Source of the DNA: Camelus ferus
Taxonomy: Eukaryota
Assembly (NCBI RefSeq): GCF_009834535.1
Contig: NC_045696.1
Coordinates: 112,594,001 to 112,658,000, forward strand
Direction: 5' to 3'
DNA length: 64,000 nt
The notes under the pieces are model-generated. The model was not told where the DNA came from. It saw nothing but the letters and a program-made list of their open reading frames with translations, and made no database searches. Below are positions 48,961-64,000 of this stretch, piece after piece; position 1 is the first letter of the stretch; every line of letters starts with the position of its first letter. Position numbers and translations under genes: made by a program.

Positions 48961-50189
48961 GTGGATTTTCCCAGCTCAAGCACCACTCAAACTGCACTGA
49001 GTGGCTGATACCCAACCCAAAAAGGGGCCACACTGAGACTGGGAAGCTCACCAGCAAGTCCCTATGGGGTCAGGTAGTAGGGACATTGAGGGCATTGAGT
49101 CACATCTGAGAGTGAGATCTTGGCTGGCATGGCAGTGTCCTTATAACATTGTCATCTGTGAGAGCCCACATTTGGATGCCTGGGACGAGAGCGCACAGAT
49201 GACCAGCTCCCATGAGCCAGAGAAGCTGTGACAGCCTGTGACGAGGGCAGTTAGACATTGGGAATTTGCCCTTCCTCCTTTCGTCCCCTCCCTCAGCCCC
49301 TAAGAACAGAGGAGAAGGGAGTTTTGCCTTGAAGATGGAAGGAAAAGAGATATCCCCAAACCAAACACTGATTGCCCTCGAATTTTGAGTGCTGCTTCAA
49401 GAAAAGAAATAAGCACAGGCCACAGCCCCTTCCAACTAAGGCTCCTTAGACCCGGGACAGGACTCTGATCAGGGCGGGAGCTCTGGATGGGAGAGAACCC
49501 TGGAAATTTAAACTCAGTGGGTTTTTAAGAAGTGAAAGTGAATAACAGAAAATGACCCAGAAAACTTAGGGAATCTGCCAAGGGTCTTATTAAGGGGTCT
49601 TCTACCTGGGAGAAGATTTGACATGTACATTTAGGGCCAGTGATTTGAGGAAAAAATATAATAATTTCCTGTTTACACTTCAGTTTGTACAGTAAGTTGG
49701 TTATATTTGGAATTGTTGACCTCTCCTGGCTGCCTCCTGTGACATGTCCTCAAGTAACTTCCTCTACCTTAGGGGACCCTCCACGCCAGTGTTTACTGGG
49801 ATGGCTGTGGCCTGGCAAGGCCTGTGCACTGCCTGAGGACATGTCCTGCCTGATTACCATACGCCCTGAAATGCTGGGAACGTTTGCAAGGCAAGCCACA
49901 AAGGGAAAGCTATAATAGAACTACACGTGGTTCAATACTATGTATACGTCTAATTTTTTTGCTTTCTTTTAAGGAAAAGCACTAGCTAGAAATATGCACA
50001 GGATGGTTTCATCTCCTTACTTTTCACTTATAATTTTCTTTAAAATATCTATATAAATACTTTGGTTTTATTTCGGTTAGAATTCTGGGCTCTGGTTATA
50101 CACACCTGGGTTCAGTACTTGGGGAAATAGTCCTGACCAGCAATTGGAAATTGATTCAGATGAGAATCTGAAGCTGCGAGGGTCTGTTT

Positions 50190-50313
50190 TGTTTTTGGCC
50201 TTGGGTTTTTTTGCTTGTTTGTTGTTTGTTTTTTAATGGAGGTACTGGGGATTGAACCCAGGACCTCATGCATGCTAAGCAGGCGCTCTACCCACCAAGC
50301 TGTAACCTCTGCC
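50190..50313 (-). mobile_element. tRNA-derived SINE (camelid Vic-1-like)
   Basis: aatggaggtactggggattgaacccaggacctcatgcatgctaagc; degenerate TSD gagggtctgtttt / gaggatctggtttt. Confidence 0.85.
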
Positions 50314-51719
50314 TAGGAGGATCTGGTTTTGCTGATGTTGCAATTTTGCCACCAGGCTGGTGGCAGGAGCCCACTGATGGTTTTCATCTGTGTTTGGAAT
50401 GCTCTACACTGTCCCAGTGGAGAGTTCATCTCACGTTTTCTCTCCTATCCCTTCCTGTCCGGAGCTCCCTGACCTGCCTTCTAGTCCAATTCTATTCCCA
50501 CGCGTTGCTTGCTCCATTTCCCACTTGGACCATGCCTCTAAGATAAGATCCACCACATGTCCTGGGCTGTAACAGAGTGTGATAAATATGATTCATTAAG
50601 CACAGCGTACATCAATATCAGGTCAGGGTAGAAAATATCGAGCATAATGAATGGTCTACAGCTTGAGACTGAAGAGTGTGCGGTCGTCCCACGGAGGTTT
50701 TTAGTGGTGTCATCAATCATGGAAGTAAAAGTGCAGTGGTTTGAGGTATTACTAGAATGCGAACAGGTAGGCTGTTCTCCACTCCCTCTCACACCCCCAC
50801 TAACCCTCACTTGCTTTCCTTAATGATGGTAAGATCGATGCACTACCTGTAACATACAATTACCCTTTTCCCCCTATTGATATAAGTTTTTAGGGAGTCA
50901 ATTAGTGTCATCTTCCTATCCAAGTAAAGCTTTCCAAGAACAAATTAATAAGTTGCCACATTTTATTCACTGACCACAGCCTTAGACTTTGACATCTCAG
51001 AAAGGAGTTGAGTTACTAATCTCCCGAAGGTTAGAATTATTTTGGAAAAAAGTCATAAGATCTAGCTCATGCTGCCCACTTGAAAAAAAGGTTGTTTCCT
51101 GATATTTCAAATTATTTCTTAAAGGCTCAATTTTTCAGGGAACTAATAGTAGTGATGGAAGAAATGTGAATCTATTGAGAAAAATATGTATTTATGAAAG
51201 TAGTCATAATGTGTGTTTCTAAAGCAATTGACTCAAGGGTATTTGTATGCATAAATTTTCTTTTCTTGTTGAATTTAGCTGGATTGAATAGTTGTTTTCT
51301 AAGAGTTACTTTGAGCTGCATGCGATACAGATGAACTCACTTTTTTCATCTGCAAATGAGCAATACAAAATTCACTCCAAGAATTATTTACTGAGTGCCT
51401 ACTATGTGTGATGCAATATGACAAATGCTTTAAGGAGTTTAAAAAATAGATCCTTCCCTCAAAAACTTAATGCATATTTTCCTTATTATAAAATAGTATT
51501 AAAACAAAAAATTATGAAAGAAAAGAAAGACAATGCATGATTCCATTTTTCTAAAAACCATCACCTTACTTTAACTTTTAATTCATACCTATGCATACCA
51601 GAGTATAATAAAATCTCATATTCATGGACCACAGTCACATTGTAGGCATGTTTCCGTAGTACTAAGTAATCTTCAATAACGGTTCAGCAGTTTAGACTGC
51701 AGACTCTCCCAGCTGCCTT

Positions 51720-53195
51720 TTTTTTTTTTTTTTTGCCAAAAATGACAAGCTGATCCTAAAACAATATGAAAATGCAAAGGACCCAGAATGATGAATACAG
51801 TCTTGAACAAAACAAGTTAGGGGGCTTCCACTTTCCTATTTCAAAACTTAACTAAAAATCTACAGTAATTACGACCATGTAGTACTAGCATAAGGATAGA
51901 CATACAGATTAATGGTTTAGAAAAAAAGAGCCCAGTAATAAATTCATACATTTATGTTCAGCTGACTTTTGACAAGAGTGCCAAGACTATTCAACAGGGA
52001 AAGAATAATTTTTTTTAACGAATGTTGTATCCTGACAACTAGACAGTCATACACAAAAGAATGCAGTTGGACTCCTACCACATACTGTATACAAAAATTA
52101 ACTCAAAAATGGATCAAAGATCTACATACCAATGCTAAAACCATAGAACCATTAGAAGAAATCCCAGGAGTGAATGTGTTTGAATTTGGATCAGGCAATG
52201 GTTTCCTAAATATGAGAATAAAAGTGCAACTGACAGAAGAATAAATAGAGAAATTGGACTTCATCAAAATTGAATACTTTCAAGCATCAAAAAACACTAT
52301 TAAAAATTGAAGACAACCATAGAATGGGAAAAATTTTGCAAATAATCCACCTGATAAGGTCTTTTTATCAAGAAGATATAAGTAACTCTTACAATTTCAA
52401 CAGAAAAAAGACAAATAACCAAATTTTTTTAAATTGGCAGGTCTGAGTAGACATTTTTTTTCCAAAGAAGACATGCAAATATCCAGTAAGCACATGAAAA
52501 GATGCTCAACATCATTAGTTATCAGGGAAATTCAAATCAAAAGGACAATGTGATGACATTACATCTACTAAGATAGATACAATAGATACAATAATAAATA
52601 CAATATAGATACAATAATAAATTTTAAAAAGACAGACAATAGCAGGTGTTGGTGAGGATGTGGAGAAGTTAGAATCCTTTATACATTGCTGATGAGGTTA
52701 TAGAATGGTATAGCCACTGAGAAAAACAATCTGGAAGTTCCTCAGAATGTTGACATTGAGTTATTAAATGACCCAGCAATTTTATTTTATATTTTTTTTT
52801 TCCCAAGAGAATAGAAGGCACATACTCACACACAAAAAAATGTGTACCTGTTTTTGGAAGCATTATTCACACTCGCCAAAAGGTGGAGACATTCTAAATG
52901 TCCATAAACTGTGGAATGGAAAACAAAATGTGGTATTTCCATACAATGGAACAACATTCAGCCATAAAAAGAAATAAACTACTGCTATGTACTACAACGT
53001 GGGTGAACTTTCAAAACCTTCTGCTAAGTTAAAGAAAGAAGACACAAACGGCTCATATTGTATGGTATCAATTATATGAAAAGCTCAGAACAGGAAAATT
53101 CATGGACACAGAAAGTAAATTAGTGGTTACCAAGGCCTGGTGGTAGCGGGGAGTGAAGGGTGAGTAATTGCTAATAGGTATGGGAGATTCTCTGT
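51720..53195 (+). mobile_element. L1MB ORF2 3' part and 3' UTR (tail resumes at ~54398-54445)
   Basis: Degenerate ORF2 peptide (..KLTQKWIKDL..), gtaagcacatgaaaagatgctcaacatcattag. Confidence 0.9.
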
Positions 53196-53254
53196 CTTCT
53201 TCTGTCTTTCCCTTCCTTTCTCTTTCTCTCTTCTTTCTTGTTTGCTTTTAAACA

Positions 53255-54370
53255 GATGATTTTTAGAGTAGCTTTAGGTTCACAGCAAAATTGACCAAAA
53301 GGCACAGAGATTTCGCATCTCTCTCTTGCCCCCACATATGCATGGCCTCCCCCATTATGGAAATCCCCCAGCAGGGTGGGACACTTGTTACAACTGATGG
53401 CCCTACACTGACACATCATAATTACCCCAAATCCGTGCTTCATGTTGGAATTTAAGCTGGCTGTTGTGCATTCTGTGGATTAGGACAAATGTTTAATAAC
53501 ATGTATCCATCATTACTGTATCATACAGAATAGTTTCACTGCCCTCAAAATCTGTGTGCTCCCTTATACCCCTCTAACTCCTGGCAATCACTAATCCTTT
53601 CACGGTCTTCATAGTTTTGCTTTTTCCAGGATGTCATATTGTCTGAATTGTACAGTATGTAGCCTTTTCAGGTTGGCTTCTTTCATTCAGTAATATACAT
53701 TTGAGGTTCTACTATATCTTCTTATGACTTGATAGTTCTTTCTTTTCAGCACTGAATACTATTCCAGTGTCTGAATGAACCACAGTTTGTTTATCCATGC
53801 ACCTTGCTTGCTTCCAAGTTTTGGCAATTATGAAAAAAGCTGATGTAGATGTTCCATGTGTAAGTTTTTGTGTGGACTAAGTTTTCAATTCCTTTGGGTA
53901 ACTAGCAAGGAGCAAGATTACTGGATCATATTTTAAGAGTATGTTTAGTTTTGTAAGAAACTGTCAAACTGTCCTAAAGTGGCTGTACCACCTTGCATTC
54001 CCACCAGCAATGAAGGAGAGTTTCTTTTGCTCCATGTCCTCTTAGGATTTGGTGTTGTCAGTGTTTCAGATTTGGGACATTCTAATAGGTGTGTAGTGGT
54101 ATCTCATTGTTGTGTTAATTTGCATTTCCCTGATGACATAAGATGGGGAACGTCTTTTCACATGCTCATTTGCCATCTGGTATATGTTCTTTGGTGAGAT
54201 ATCTGTTCAGATGTTTTGCTTATTTTTAAAATTAGGTTGTTCATTTTCTTGTTGAGTTTTAAGAGTTCTTGTAGATATTGAATATCAGATGTGTCTTTTG
54301 CAAATGTTTCTTTCAGTCTGTGACTTGTCTTTTTACTCTCTTGACAGTGTCTTCTACAGAGCAAAAGTTT
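53255..54370 (-). mobile_element. L1MA/MB 3' region nested antisense within the preceding L1
   Basis: ttttagagtagctttaggttcacagcaaaattga...cattcccaccagcaatga...gtggtatctcattg. Confidence 0.9.
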
Positions 54371-54499
54371 TTCAGGGTTTTTTTTTTTTTTTTTTTTGGA
54401 GGAGGTGATGAAAAGTTTCTAAAATTAGATCGTGATGATAGTTGGTGTGCAATATGTCACCTCCATGACTAGGTTTCTGTCTTGGGCTCTCTTTGGGTT

Positions 54500-54765
54500 A
54501 GAAGTAGGCTGCCCTGTGATAAGCAGCCCTCTGGAGAGTCCATGTGCTAAGGAGCTGAGGTCTGTCTACACCACCTGAGTAAACTTGGGAGTGAACTTTC
54601 TGGCTTGGACCCTCTTCAGATCACTGTGGCTTTGGCTACAACCTGAGCCAGAATTATGCATCTTCCCTGGATTCTTGGCCCTCAGAAATGCTGAGAGATA
54701 ATAAATATTTGTTAGTTTCAGCTGCTAAGTTTTGGAGTAATTTATTATGCAATAAATAATATAGT
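54500..54765 (+). mobile_element. MaLR MLT1 LTR fragment
   Basis: gagataataaatatttg...gctaagttttggagtaatttattatgcaata. Confidence 0.75.
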
Positions 54766-54974
54766 CTACTTATTAAATTAAATTTGATCACTTTTGTATA
54801 TGTTCATTTTTTTAAGTGACTTTAAAGGACCAGACTAATTTCAAACCCTGATAAATATTTAAGACAGAGTTTTAAAATGCAAAAAAAATAATCTTTGGAA
54901 TTTGGTATTTTTCTTTTTTCCTGTGGTATGAATTTACCACAATTTTGGGTTATTTATTTATTGATTTATTGCTA

Positions 54975-55100
54975 TTCTCTTTTTTTGGAGGGGGAGGTAA
55001 CTAGGTTTATTTATTTATTTTTTAAATGGAGGTGCTGGGGATTGAATCCATGACCTTGTGCATGCTAAGCGTGCACTCTACCACTGAGCTATACCCTCCC
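54975..55100 (-). mobile_element. tRNA-derived SINE (camelid Vic-1-like)
   Basis: Reverse complement GGGAGGGTATAGCTCAGTGGTAGAGTGC...CCCCAGCACCTCC + (TAAA)n + CCTAGTTACCTCCCCC tail. Confidence 0.9.
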
Positions 55101-56078
55101 GCCCAGTATTTTTTTAACTTAAAGAACAATGAGAATATACAGAATCTTGGATATTTTATTATTTGCCATATTTTTAATTGTTATATTTAATATATTATTA
55201 TTTGTTATATTTGTTTCTATTTGCATTGGAGATGGCTCACAATAGAGTTAGAAGAGATAAATGGATAGATAATTTCTGTTAAAATAGATATATAATATTA
55301 AATCTATGAAAGAGCAGGGACAGCTAATATTGTTACAGTTATTAAGACACAGAGTTCGTTTTGGGCTTTCTTACAGGGCCAAGAGGGAAACTTCCCCACA
55401 CTCTGTTTTAAGAAAAACAAATATTTTCCTGGTAGTAAGCTGTAAAGGCAACTTATCACAAGATTCTTAGTGAGGAAATATTAAAAACTTAGTGGACTGT
55501 GTCTTTCACATAGCTTTATAGCTAAAAAAGAAACAGTTTTTCTCGGCTATCCTTGTATTAACTATCAAGGCTATCGAAGTACATATTATTGATTTGGGAC
55601 CAGCCTTTTGCATTTTGCTTTACAGGATATTAAACAAGCGATGAAGTAATTAGACCTACTGATTAAATAGTAGTTTCATTGTTGCTTTCTTGGTTTTTAT
55701 AATTGTACTGCAGTTAAGAAAGAGATTATCCTTGTTTTTAGGAAATACATGCTGAGTATTTGAGGAAAGAAGAGGAGATAGGGGTGCACCTTACTCTCAG
55801 ATGTTTATATAGGTATGTGTGAATATGTGTGTGTGTATAAAATGATAAAGCAAAAATAGTGAAATATTAGCTGTCAGAGAATCTGAGTACACATAGGAAA
55901 CTATATACTCTTGTGGATTTTCTGTAAATCTAAAATTATTTCTAAATTTTAAAATTACCAAATAAAAAAGAGAAATGATTGAGATGGCTTTACTTTAGAT
56001 TAGATAAGACTTCTCTAAGGAGGTGACATTTATGCTGGGACATGACATCTGAGAAAGAGCCAGACATACAAAAAGCCA

Positions 56079-56264
56079 GTGCATCTCAAACTTTCAACAT
56101 ACATCATAATTGCCTGGAAAGCCTGTTAAAACAGAAGCACCTGGACCCCACCCCAAAGTTTCTGATGCAGCGGGTATAAGGTAGGTCCTAATGATTTGCA
56201 TTTTTCACAAGTACCATATGGTGCTGAGGCTGCCCGTCCAAGGCTCACACTTTTGAGTAGCACT
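56079..56264 (-). mobile_element. MER5A
   Basis: cctgttaaaacaga...ggaccccaccccaaagtttctgat...tttgcatttt. Confidence 0.75.
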
Positions 56265-56572
56265 ATAATTTTTCAGAAATGAGTGTTTAGAATTCAATCA
56301 GATACACTTTCATGGAATCATTTACATTGATAAGATCTGACTGGCTTTAAAGTATATAATAATACTGTTAATGAAATTTCTAGATACATTGAAAATAAAT
56401 ATTTCATAATATGATAAACAGTATACAAGATATAACACAACTTTACAAAGATAAAATATGCTATACAAGTGTTCAAATGTAAACTCACATTACACTTATA
56501 CATACATTATTCAGTTCAATTAAAAATATATAGATAATATCCCAATTGGAGGTATTTCTGCTTATTAAAATT

Positions 56573-56574
<2 letters not shown>

Positions 56575-56613
<39 letters not shown>

Positions 56614-56616
56614 TGT
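56575..56616. repeat. (TG)n microsatellite
   Basis: Direct reading. Confidence 0.95.
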
Positions 56617-57954
56617 AAAACAGCCACAAATTTAATTGGAACAAAAAGAACTTATTCTATTTTATTTTTAGCTTTTACAAAGAGGGTAGAATTAAGTCAA
56701 TTTCGATTAAATGAAAAGATGTATCTGAAAATATTCTTCTGTCAAATTTCTATAAATTATATACCAGTCATGTTAACAGATTTCTATTACAATACAGGGG
56801 TGATTTAATTTTAGTTTTAGAAGACCATATTCAAATCTTGATGCTTCAACTTTAAGTATATTTTTCCTTTTCTGCTTTTCAGACATCTACCTACAACCAA
56901 ATCAAGTCTCTCTGTGAAGCATTTAATAATCTGTAAAACATAAACACATAAATGCCTTGTGATATTCACTAATTTAAAGGGTCCTGGGAGTCAATTATGT
57001 TTTAATGTTAATAATCACTTCTGAATTGTAAACACTTTTCTATTTTAAAATAGAATAAGATTTCATCACAAATCTCCAGTGATTCTAAACTACGTATGTA
57101 GTTATATGTATACAATATATTTGCAACATGAATATCTGGAAGGACAATTACCTTAGCTTTACATCAAGCTATGATTAAATCATGTACTTTTGCTGACATT
57201 GGAGTGAAGGTCATCTTCAATATAACATTCACTGAGTACTCTGTACCAAAGCTGTTTTCACAAAGATGAACAAGGCACAGATCTTCCTGCTTCTGTGGAT
57301 TTAGGAGTACGATTCCAAAATGTATAAACTCTTACACAGATGAAGGTAATAATTCTTCACAACTGGCTTTTCCAAAATGATATGTATTTTTTCTTTAAAT
57401 TCACAGTTATAAGTTTTTCTTTTATGTGAACTTTACAATTATAGCTATAATTTGCCTAGAAAATCCTTAGAAAATTTTAAATAAATTGTTATTTATTAAT
57501 TTACTACAAAGAAACTTTCAGAATTCAAGGCTTGTTTTAATTTTTAAAATTCCTATCCTTCAGCAGAAGGATGGACTATCTCCTCCCTCTTTTTCTTCAG
57601 GGATTCAGAAATAATATTGACCAATTTTACCCTACACTATTAAATGCCATTTTAACCTATATTTCATTACCTTATCAGGAATTGAACATCTCCATTAAAG
57701 AAAGAGATGCTAATTCTGAGAGGTAATAATGTTGTACACCTTTACTATCTTCTTCCCCCCAAAGTCTCCCAAGTAAAAACAAAAATACAGGAATATGAGA
57801 TCCAGATATATATTTATATATATATAATAATATATAATAATGTGTGTGTGTATATATATATATATAAAATTATTATTACTTTTTGAATTCTGCACATGTT
57901 TTTCCACAAAGTACATTTAATATTTGTATCAAGTTCAAAATCACATTAACAGTG

Positions 57955-59398
57955 GCAGATGAACAGTTCTGGCAATGCTACACATGCACACGGGAATTAA
58001 ACAGTTAAGTAAATGGACGGTAGGTCATGGGAGCCAGCTTTCTCACTGCTGGAGTGGGAGGCTACAGATCAGCAAGGAAAGGAGATTGGATGATTCATGA
58101 GGCAATGAATTAGAGTTGGAGGCATTAGTACAAACTCGTGTTTCGCTTAAAATATATGGTTACAGATAGAAATATTTATAAAAATATTAATGTACAGTGG
58201 TTGTTATATACATGTATATTTCCTTGCTCTGTCAGCTGAGGGTGCCTGACAGTAAAGACACCCCAGAAGCAATGAGCACACTTAACACCAAGATCTTGGT
58301 TTCTAATACTATTCTCTAATAAACAGTACCAGCAGTTCTTGGAGAAGTTGATGATTGTAGGCTAAGGGCAGAAAAGACAGATGAGGCTGAAGCACCAGAA
58401 AGGAAAGAAGTACCGGGGCTGGGGGGTGGAGGGGATAGCTCACTATATTGGGAGTATGTCAAAGGGACACAGGAACCATCTGAAAGGGAAATGGAACAAA
58501 GCTAGAACAATTTGAACAACAAAGTAATAATCATTGAATTATGACAAAAATAAATATACAAAATATATTTAAATAAATGATTGAATAAATAAATAAATGG
58601 AAGAAGAGACAAGTCTTTCACATAGAATAATTCTAAATAACTTTTGTACTCTGTCCTCCAGAAGGAAGAGCTGTAAGTCCCCACTCTAAAGGGTGGGCTA
58701 CTCATAGTGAGTTCCTTCCAACGAGTACATTATGGAAAAGGGTTTTAAAAAGATTGGCTGTACAATAGAGAAGCCTAACAAACACGACCTCAGCCAGGTG
58801 GTCAAGGTCAACATCAACAGTCATAAGTCATGCTGAGAATATGGAAGCTTGATATGATGTGGTGAGTTGCACTTGGCCTCTGTGGTTTTTCTCCCCAAAT
58901 CTCCAGCCCCAGCCTAATTGTGAGAAAAACCTCAGACAAATTTCAGTTGAGGATTGGACTGGCATACCTCAAAGCTGTCAAAGCCATCAAAAACAAAGAA
59001 AGTCTGAGCAGCTGTCACAGTCATCAGGAGCTAAAGAGAATGACAATGCAACATGGTGTCTTGGATGGAACCCTGGAACAACAACCCAAAAAAAGGGAAA
59101 TCGGCTAAAATCGAGTGAAATCTGAATAAACTACGGACTTAATAATAATATATCAGTATTGGATTGTTAATGGTAACAAATGTACCATACTAGTGTAAGA
59201 TGTTAATGGTAGGAGACACGACATACAGTGAGCGGTGTATGGCATTTATATCTCAGGAAAACTGGAAGAAAAAATTTTTAAGATATCAATAATAAGGAGA
59301 AATCGGGAACCATGTTTATGAGAACTCCCTGTATTATCTGTATAATTTTTCTGTAAACCTAAAACTGTTCTGAAAAATAAGGTTTATTTTTTAAAAAT
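57955..59398 (+). mobile_element. L1MC3/4-like 3' UTR
   Basis: gggagccagctttctcactgctggagtggg, cctcagccaggtggtcaaggtcaacatc, taacaaatgtaccatactagtgtaagatgttaat. Confidence 0.8.
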
Positions 59399-59939
59399 CA
59401 CATTAACAACAATTATTAAAACAACAAATATTTATGGAGTTAACTCCTGGCCCCTGGAAGATACTGAGTCAATTTTAAACTTTACTACTCAGTGCCATTT
59501 TGAATACTCCTCCTTCCCAGTTCTTGAGTTTTTGACTTATTACTTCATGATTAGAAAATGAAGAAAATCCTTTTTATGCATTTTTCTTTTCCAGCAGATT
59601 TCTTGGGGTGGTAAGATTTATTAGTCCATTCTTGCCTGACAATATCTTTTTCTTGTCCCTTACCGTAAACAGTGGCCTAACCAGGAATAGACATGATTAG
59701 AAACAAAGAGTATTTCTCCTAGAAAGTCTACATGTTCCTCCTTTTCTAGCATTTGAATTTGAATTAACCTCTTTGGGTAGTATTATATCCACCTACTGGT
59801 AATTTAACTCTTTAAATCAAAAAGGTACTTTAGAAAATGCTTGGGTATGGATCATTTTCAATAAGTGTTAATTAGTACTCTAGAAGTGTTTTCATCCAAG
59901 GCTCAAGATTTTCAGGGAAACTTTCTATATTTTTAAAAT

Positions 59940-60142
59940 TTGTAGCAGGCAACATTCATACTTCTTCCTGTCTAACAGAACCTTGCTTTTTTTCAGTTAT
60001 TTGCACTCCTTCCCACAACTGTGTTTAAGGGAGGTGAGGAGGTAACACCTAATTGGTCTTAGTCAATCATGGGGACCCTTTTCTTGCATTGGGGGCATGA
60101 GTATCAGATGCAGTTTCAGACGATGATGAGTCAAGAGGAAAA

Positions 60143-60193
<51 letters not shown>

Positions 60194-60480
60194 TGTTTGA
60201 GCACATGATAAAAGGTTCTCTTCACTAATAAAAAGAAGGATGCACAGTTTGTTCTGTATTTAGGACAACCATCCTAACAATCAGATAGCATAATATGATG
60301 AAAAATGCAGAGCAAAAAGATGAAAGAAACTTTGAAGACATTGTTGGGCCCCTGTATTAATCTAACCTAGAACCATCCTATTTTAAGACGTCTTGTTTTA
60401 TAAAATAATTGAAGTTTTATAAAATGATTATTTCAATTATTTTGAGTTGTTTTATTCTACTTTTAGACAAAAGCATTATA
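59940..60480 (+). mobile_element. Old MLT1-like LTR containing a (TG)n microsatellite at 60146-60190
   Basis: aattggtcttagtcaatcatgg, gacattgttgggcc motifs. Confidence 0.5.
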
Positions 60481-60704
60481 ACACATTTTAATGCTATCTT
60501 ATCTATTCTCTTTTTTCCCTGTTTCCAATCATTTGTATAGAATTTTCTGGTTGTATTTAATTTTTTTTCTGAAAGAGAACATGTGTTCAGAAAATAATAC
60601 AAAATATGAAATGTAGACTACAATGAATTGCTGTAAAGCAAATACTACTCTAAATACCACTTGGGTCAAGAAATAAAACAGGAACTTATGTGATTCAATA
60701 TCAT

Positions 60705-61781
<1,077 letters not shown>

Positions 61782-61789
61782 CATGACCA

Positions 61790-62580
61790 GCTACCTAGCA
61801 GCCTCAGCATGCCTGTCTCCAGCAACAACCCTTGTCTTTCCTCTTGGCAATAACCACTCTCCTAACTTAGACAACAGTCACTTTTTTGCTTTTCTCTATA
61901 GTTTTTGCACTTACTCTTGCATCCTTCAACAATGTAGTTCAACTCTTTTGAATTTTACATGATTATAAAAATACATGTATCATTTTAAGACTGCTTTTCT
62001 CACTCGATATTATGTTTGTGAGATTTTTCCATGTTATTTTGAATAGTTGCAGTTAATTTTTTCTTGCTTTTCACTACAGTATTCCAATGTCTTAAAGTAA
62101 CACAATTTCCTTATCCATGATGCTGTGGATGGATAATGAATTGTTCCTAGGTTCTGCCGATTTCAAGCAATGCGGCTATGACTGTTCTCATATATCTATC
62201 CTAATGTTAATATCCACCACTTTTCCCAAGGGCAAGTACTTTAAGTGGATTTGCAAAGTTGTAGGATAAACTGTATACAATTAATTTAACTAGAAAAATG
62301 CCCAATTATTTTCCATAGCGGTTATACCAATTTACACTCTTCAGTGAAGTGTACGGGAGTTTTCTGTCACTTCACATCTTTGCCAACATTTGGTATGGTC
62401 AAACTTTAAAAAATATTTGCCAGCCAGCTGGGCAGGCAATGCTACCTGATTGTAGTTTCACTTTGCATTTCCCTGGTTATTGATGGGGATACTTAAAACA
62501 TTGAACTTTTCATAAATTTATTGGTCTAATGTATTTCCTTGTTTGCTAAATGCCTATCCTAGTCTTTTCTGTGTTTCAGT
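61790..62580 (-). mobile_element. L1ME 3' region
   Basis: ccaatttacactc, cacatctttgccaacatttggtat, tttgcatttccctgg. Confidence 0.75.
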
Positions 62581-63499
62581 AAGGCATTTATCAAAGGAAA
62601 TTCTGATTTAAAAACCTTAACATTGACAACATAGAGCCTTTAAAAGGACTTGGTGATGTTAAAATGAATATAACTCATCATTCCCAATGCACTTAAAAAT
62701 CATTTCACTTGGACCTTGGACCCCTTTTAACATCTCACTGCTAAACCAAGCCAATAATAAATTGTAGATGCTAGAGGAAAATTAATACACTTAAATTCAT
62801 TAATGTGTCTACATCTGGAAGATGAACTGTGCAAAGCTCTTAGCTCTAATCTGTAAAATATATTGTAAATACTTTCAAAACCTCTTCAACTGATGCTTTG
62901 ACAAATTTTAGTTTAAATATCTTAAGATAACACGTTCTATCTTTTGGTATAGGTTTTAAATTTTTAGTAAATTTTTACTATATTATAGAAATAAAAAAAC
63001 TTAATGACAGGATCATTTATTGAGTTTTTCTCCACTGAGAATAAAGGTCCTGGTAGAAACTGGTTTGGTAACTTGAACCCTGTCTTTAAGAGACAAAGGT
63101 CTCTACCTGAATTAGGCATAATTTTTAGAGGTGATTTACTGAAATATCAAAATAATTGAGTTCTTCTTCCATAAAGAAAGATAATATTTTTAAATGGTTA
63201 ATTAGGGACATAAGTATAAATAAATAGTTTTCCCAGGACATTGTTCTATCTTTGTATATGTATACACATAAAATATTGATATTAATCAAATTGTGAAGCA
63301 ATTTATAGATTAACCTATTTCTATTAAAATATACTCAACATGTGTTATATAAAACGTCTGAAGGGCTTCACTGTTTTGATAAAGTATATGGTATGTATAT
63401 GTGTACTAGAGTTTATTAGGTTTTGTTTGTTTCTTTGGAGGGTTATTTAAAACATCTCAACATGCTATCTGATTTTACTGTTAAGTCTATTTGAAAGCA

Positions 63500-64000
63500 A
63501 CTTCAGCTTTTAACCATAACCAAGTAACTGGTAACAGACATATCCTCTTTCTGAAAAGAACTATAAAATTGGAAAAATATGTGAAGTCATTGTTTTAGAA
63601 ATTAAACAATAGTCTGGACAAGACTGTGATCCCTGAAAGAAGAGAGATCTAAGGCATAACATGATCATGATCACCCCACAATCACCTCAACTTTCCCAAC
63701 AGCAGAAAAGTAGAACTAACAGGATTAGCTCTCACCGAAGAAGAGATTGGTGATCCAGGCTGCTGAGACATCTGGAATTTATAAAGCATCTTACCTGAGA
63801 AAAGGATCTATTTTGATGGAGGCTCCAGCAGTGTATGTAGGCTTTACAAGGCCTAGCAAAGATTGTTTTTTTCAAGGCTGAGAGCTAAACAGCAATACTA
63901 GAGGGCTTAGAGTGCTGGATTTTATTGATGTCCCAGCCCAGCCAAAGTGAAATGACCTACCTTGTCATTCACTTGAGACTTCAGTAAAATGATACCCTAA
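63500..64000 (+). mobile_element. Probable old L1M 5' region fragment
   Basis: acaagactgtgatccctgaaagaag, gctgagacatctggaattt motifs. Confidence 0.45.

Noticed and set aside
52568..52625. Short repeated units (agatacaata...) resembling an array
   Set aside because: Local slippage duplication within an L1; no spacer structure

Overview
Mammalian (eukaryotic) genomic DNA, most likely a camelid: it carries four copies of a short tRNA-derived SINE resembling the camelid Vic-1 type, plus cetartiodactyl-type L1 3' ends. The window is mostly non-coding and repeat-rich (old L1M/L2/MIR, MaLR/ERV LTRs, hAT/Tigger DNA-transposon relics). The best gene-level reading is the 5' end of an unidentified minus-strand gene. 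A CpG-island promoter at ~44.7-46.5 kb holds two candidate non-coding first exons, and a further candidate exon lies at ~29.3-29.5 kb next to an ERV LTR. An exon at 73..1 ends in a Kozak-context ATG at the window edge, so the CDS would lie almost entirely outside the window. I could not name the gene. None of the listed ORFs is a convincing protein. I found no evidence of a new multi-gene system. The most unusual structures are a ~670-bp fold-back made of two head-to-head LTR halves fused to a different LTR, a loop-less L1 3'-end hairpin, a templated short insertion and a phased GATTA array. Repeat family names come from recall of consensus sequences, and repeat boundaries are approximate.
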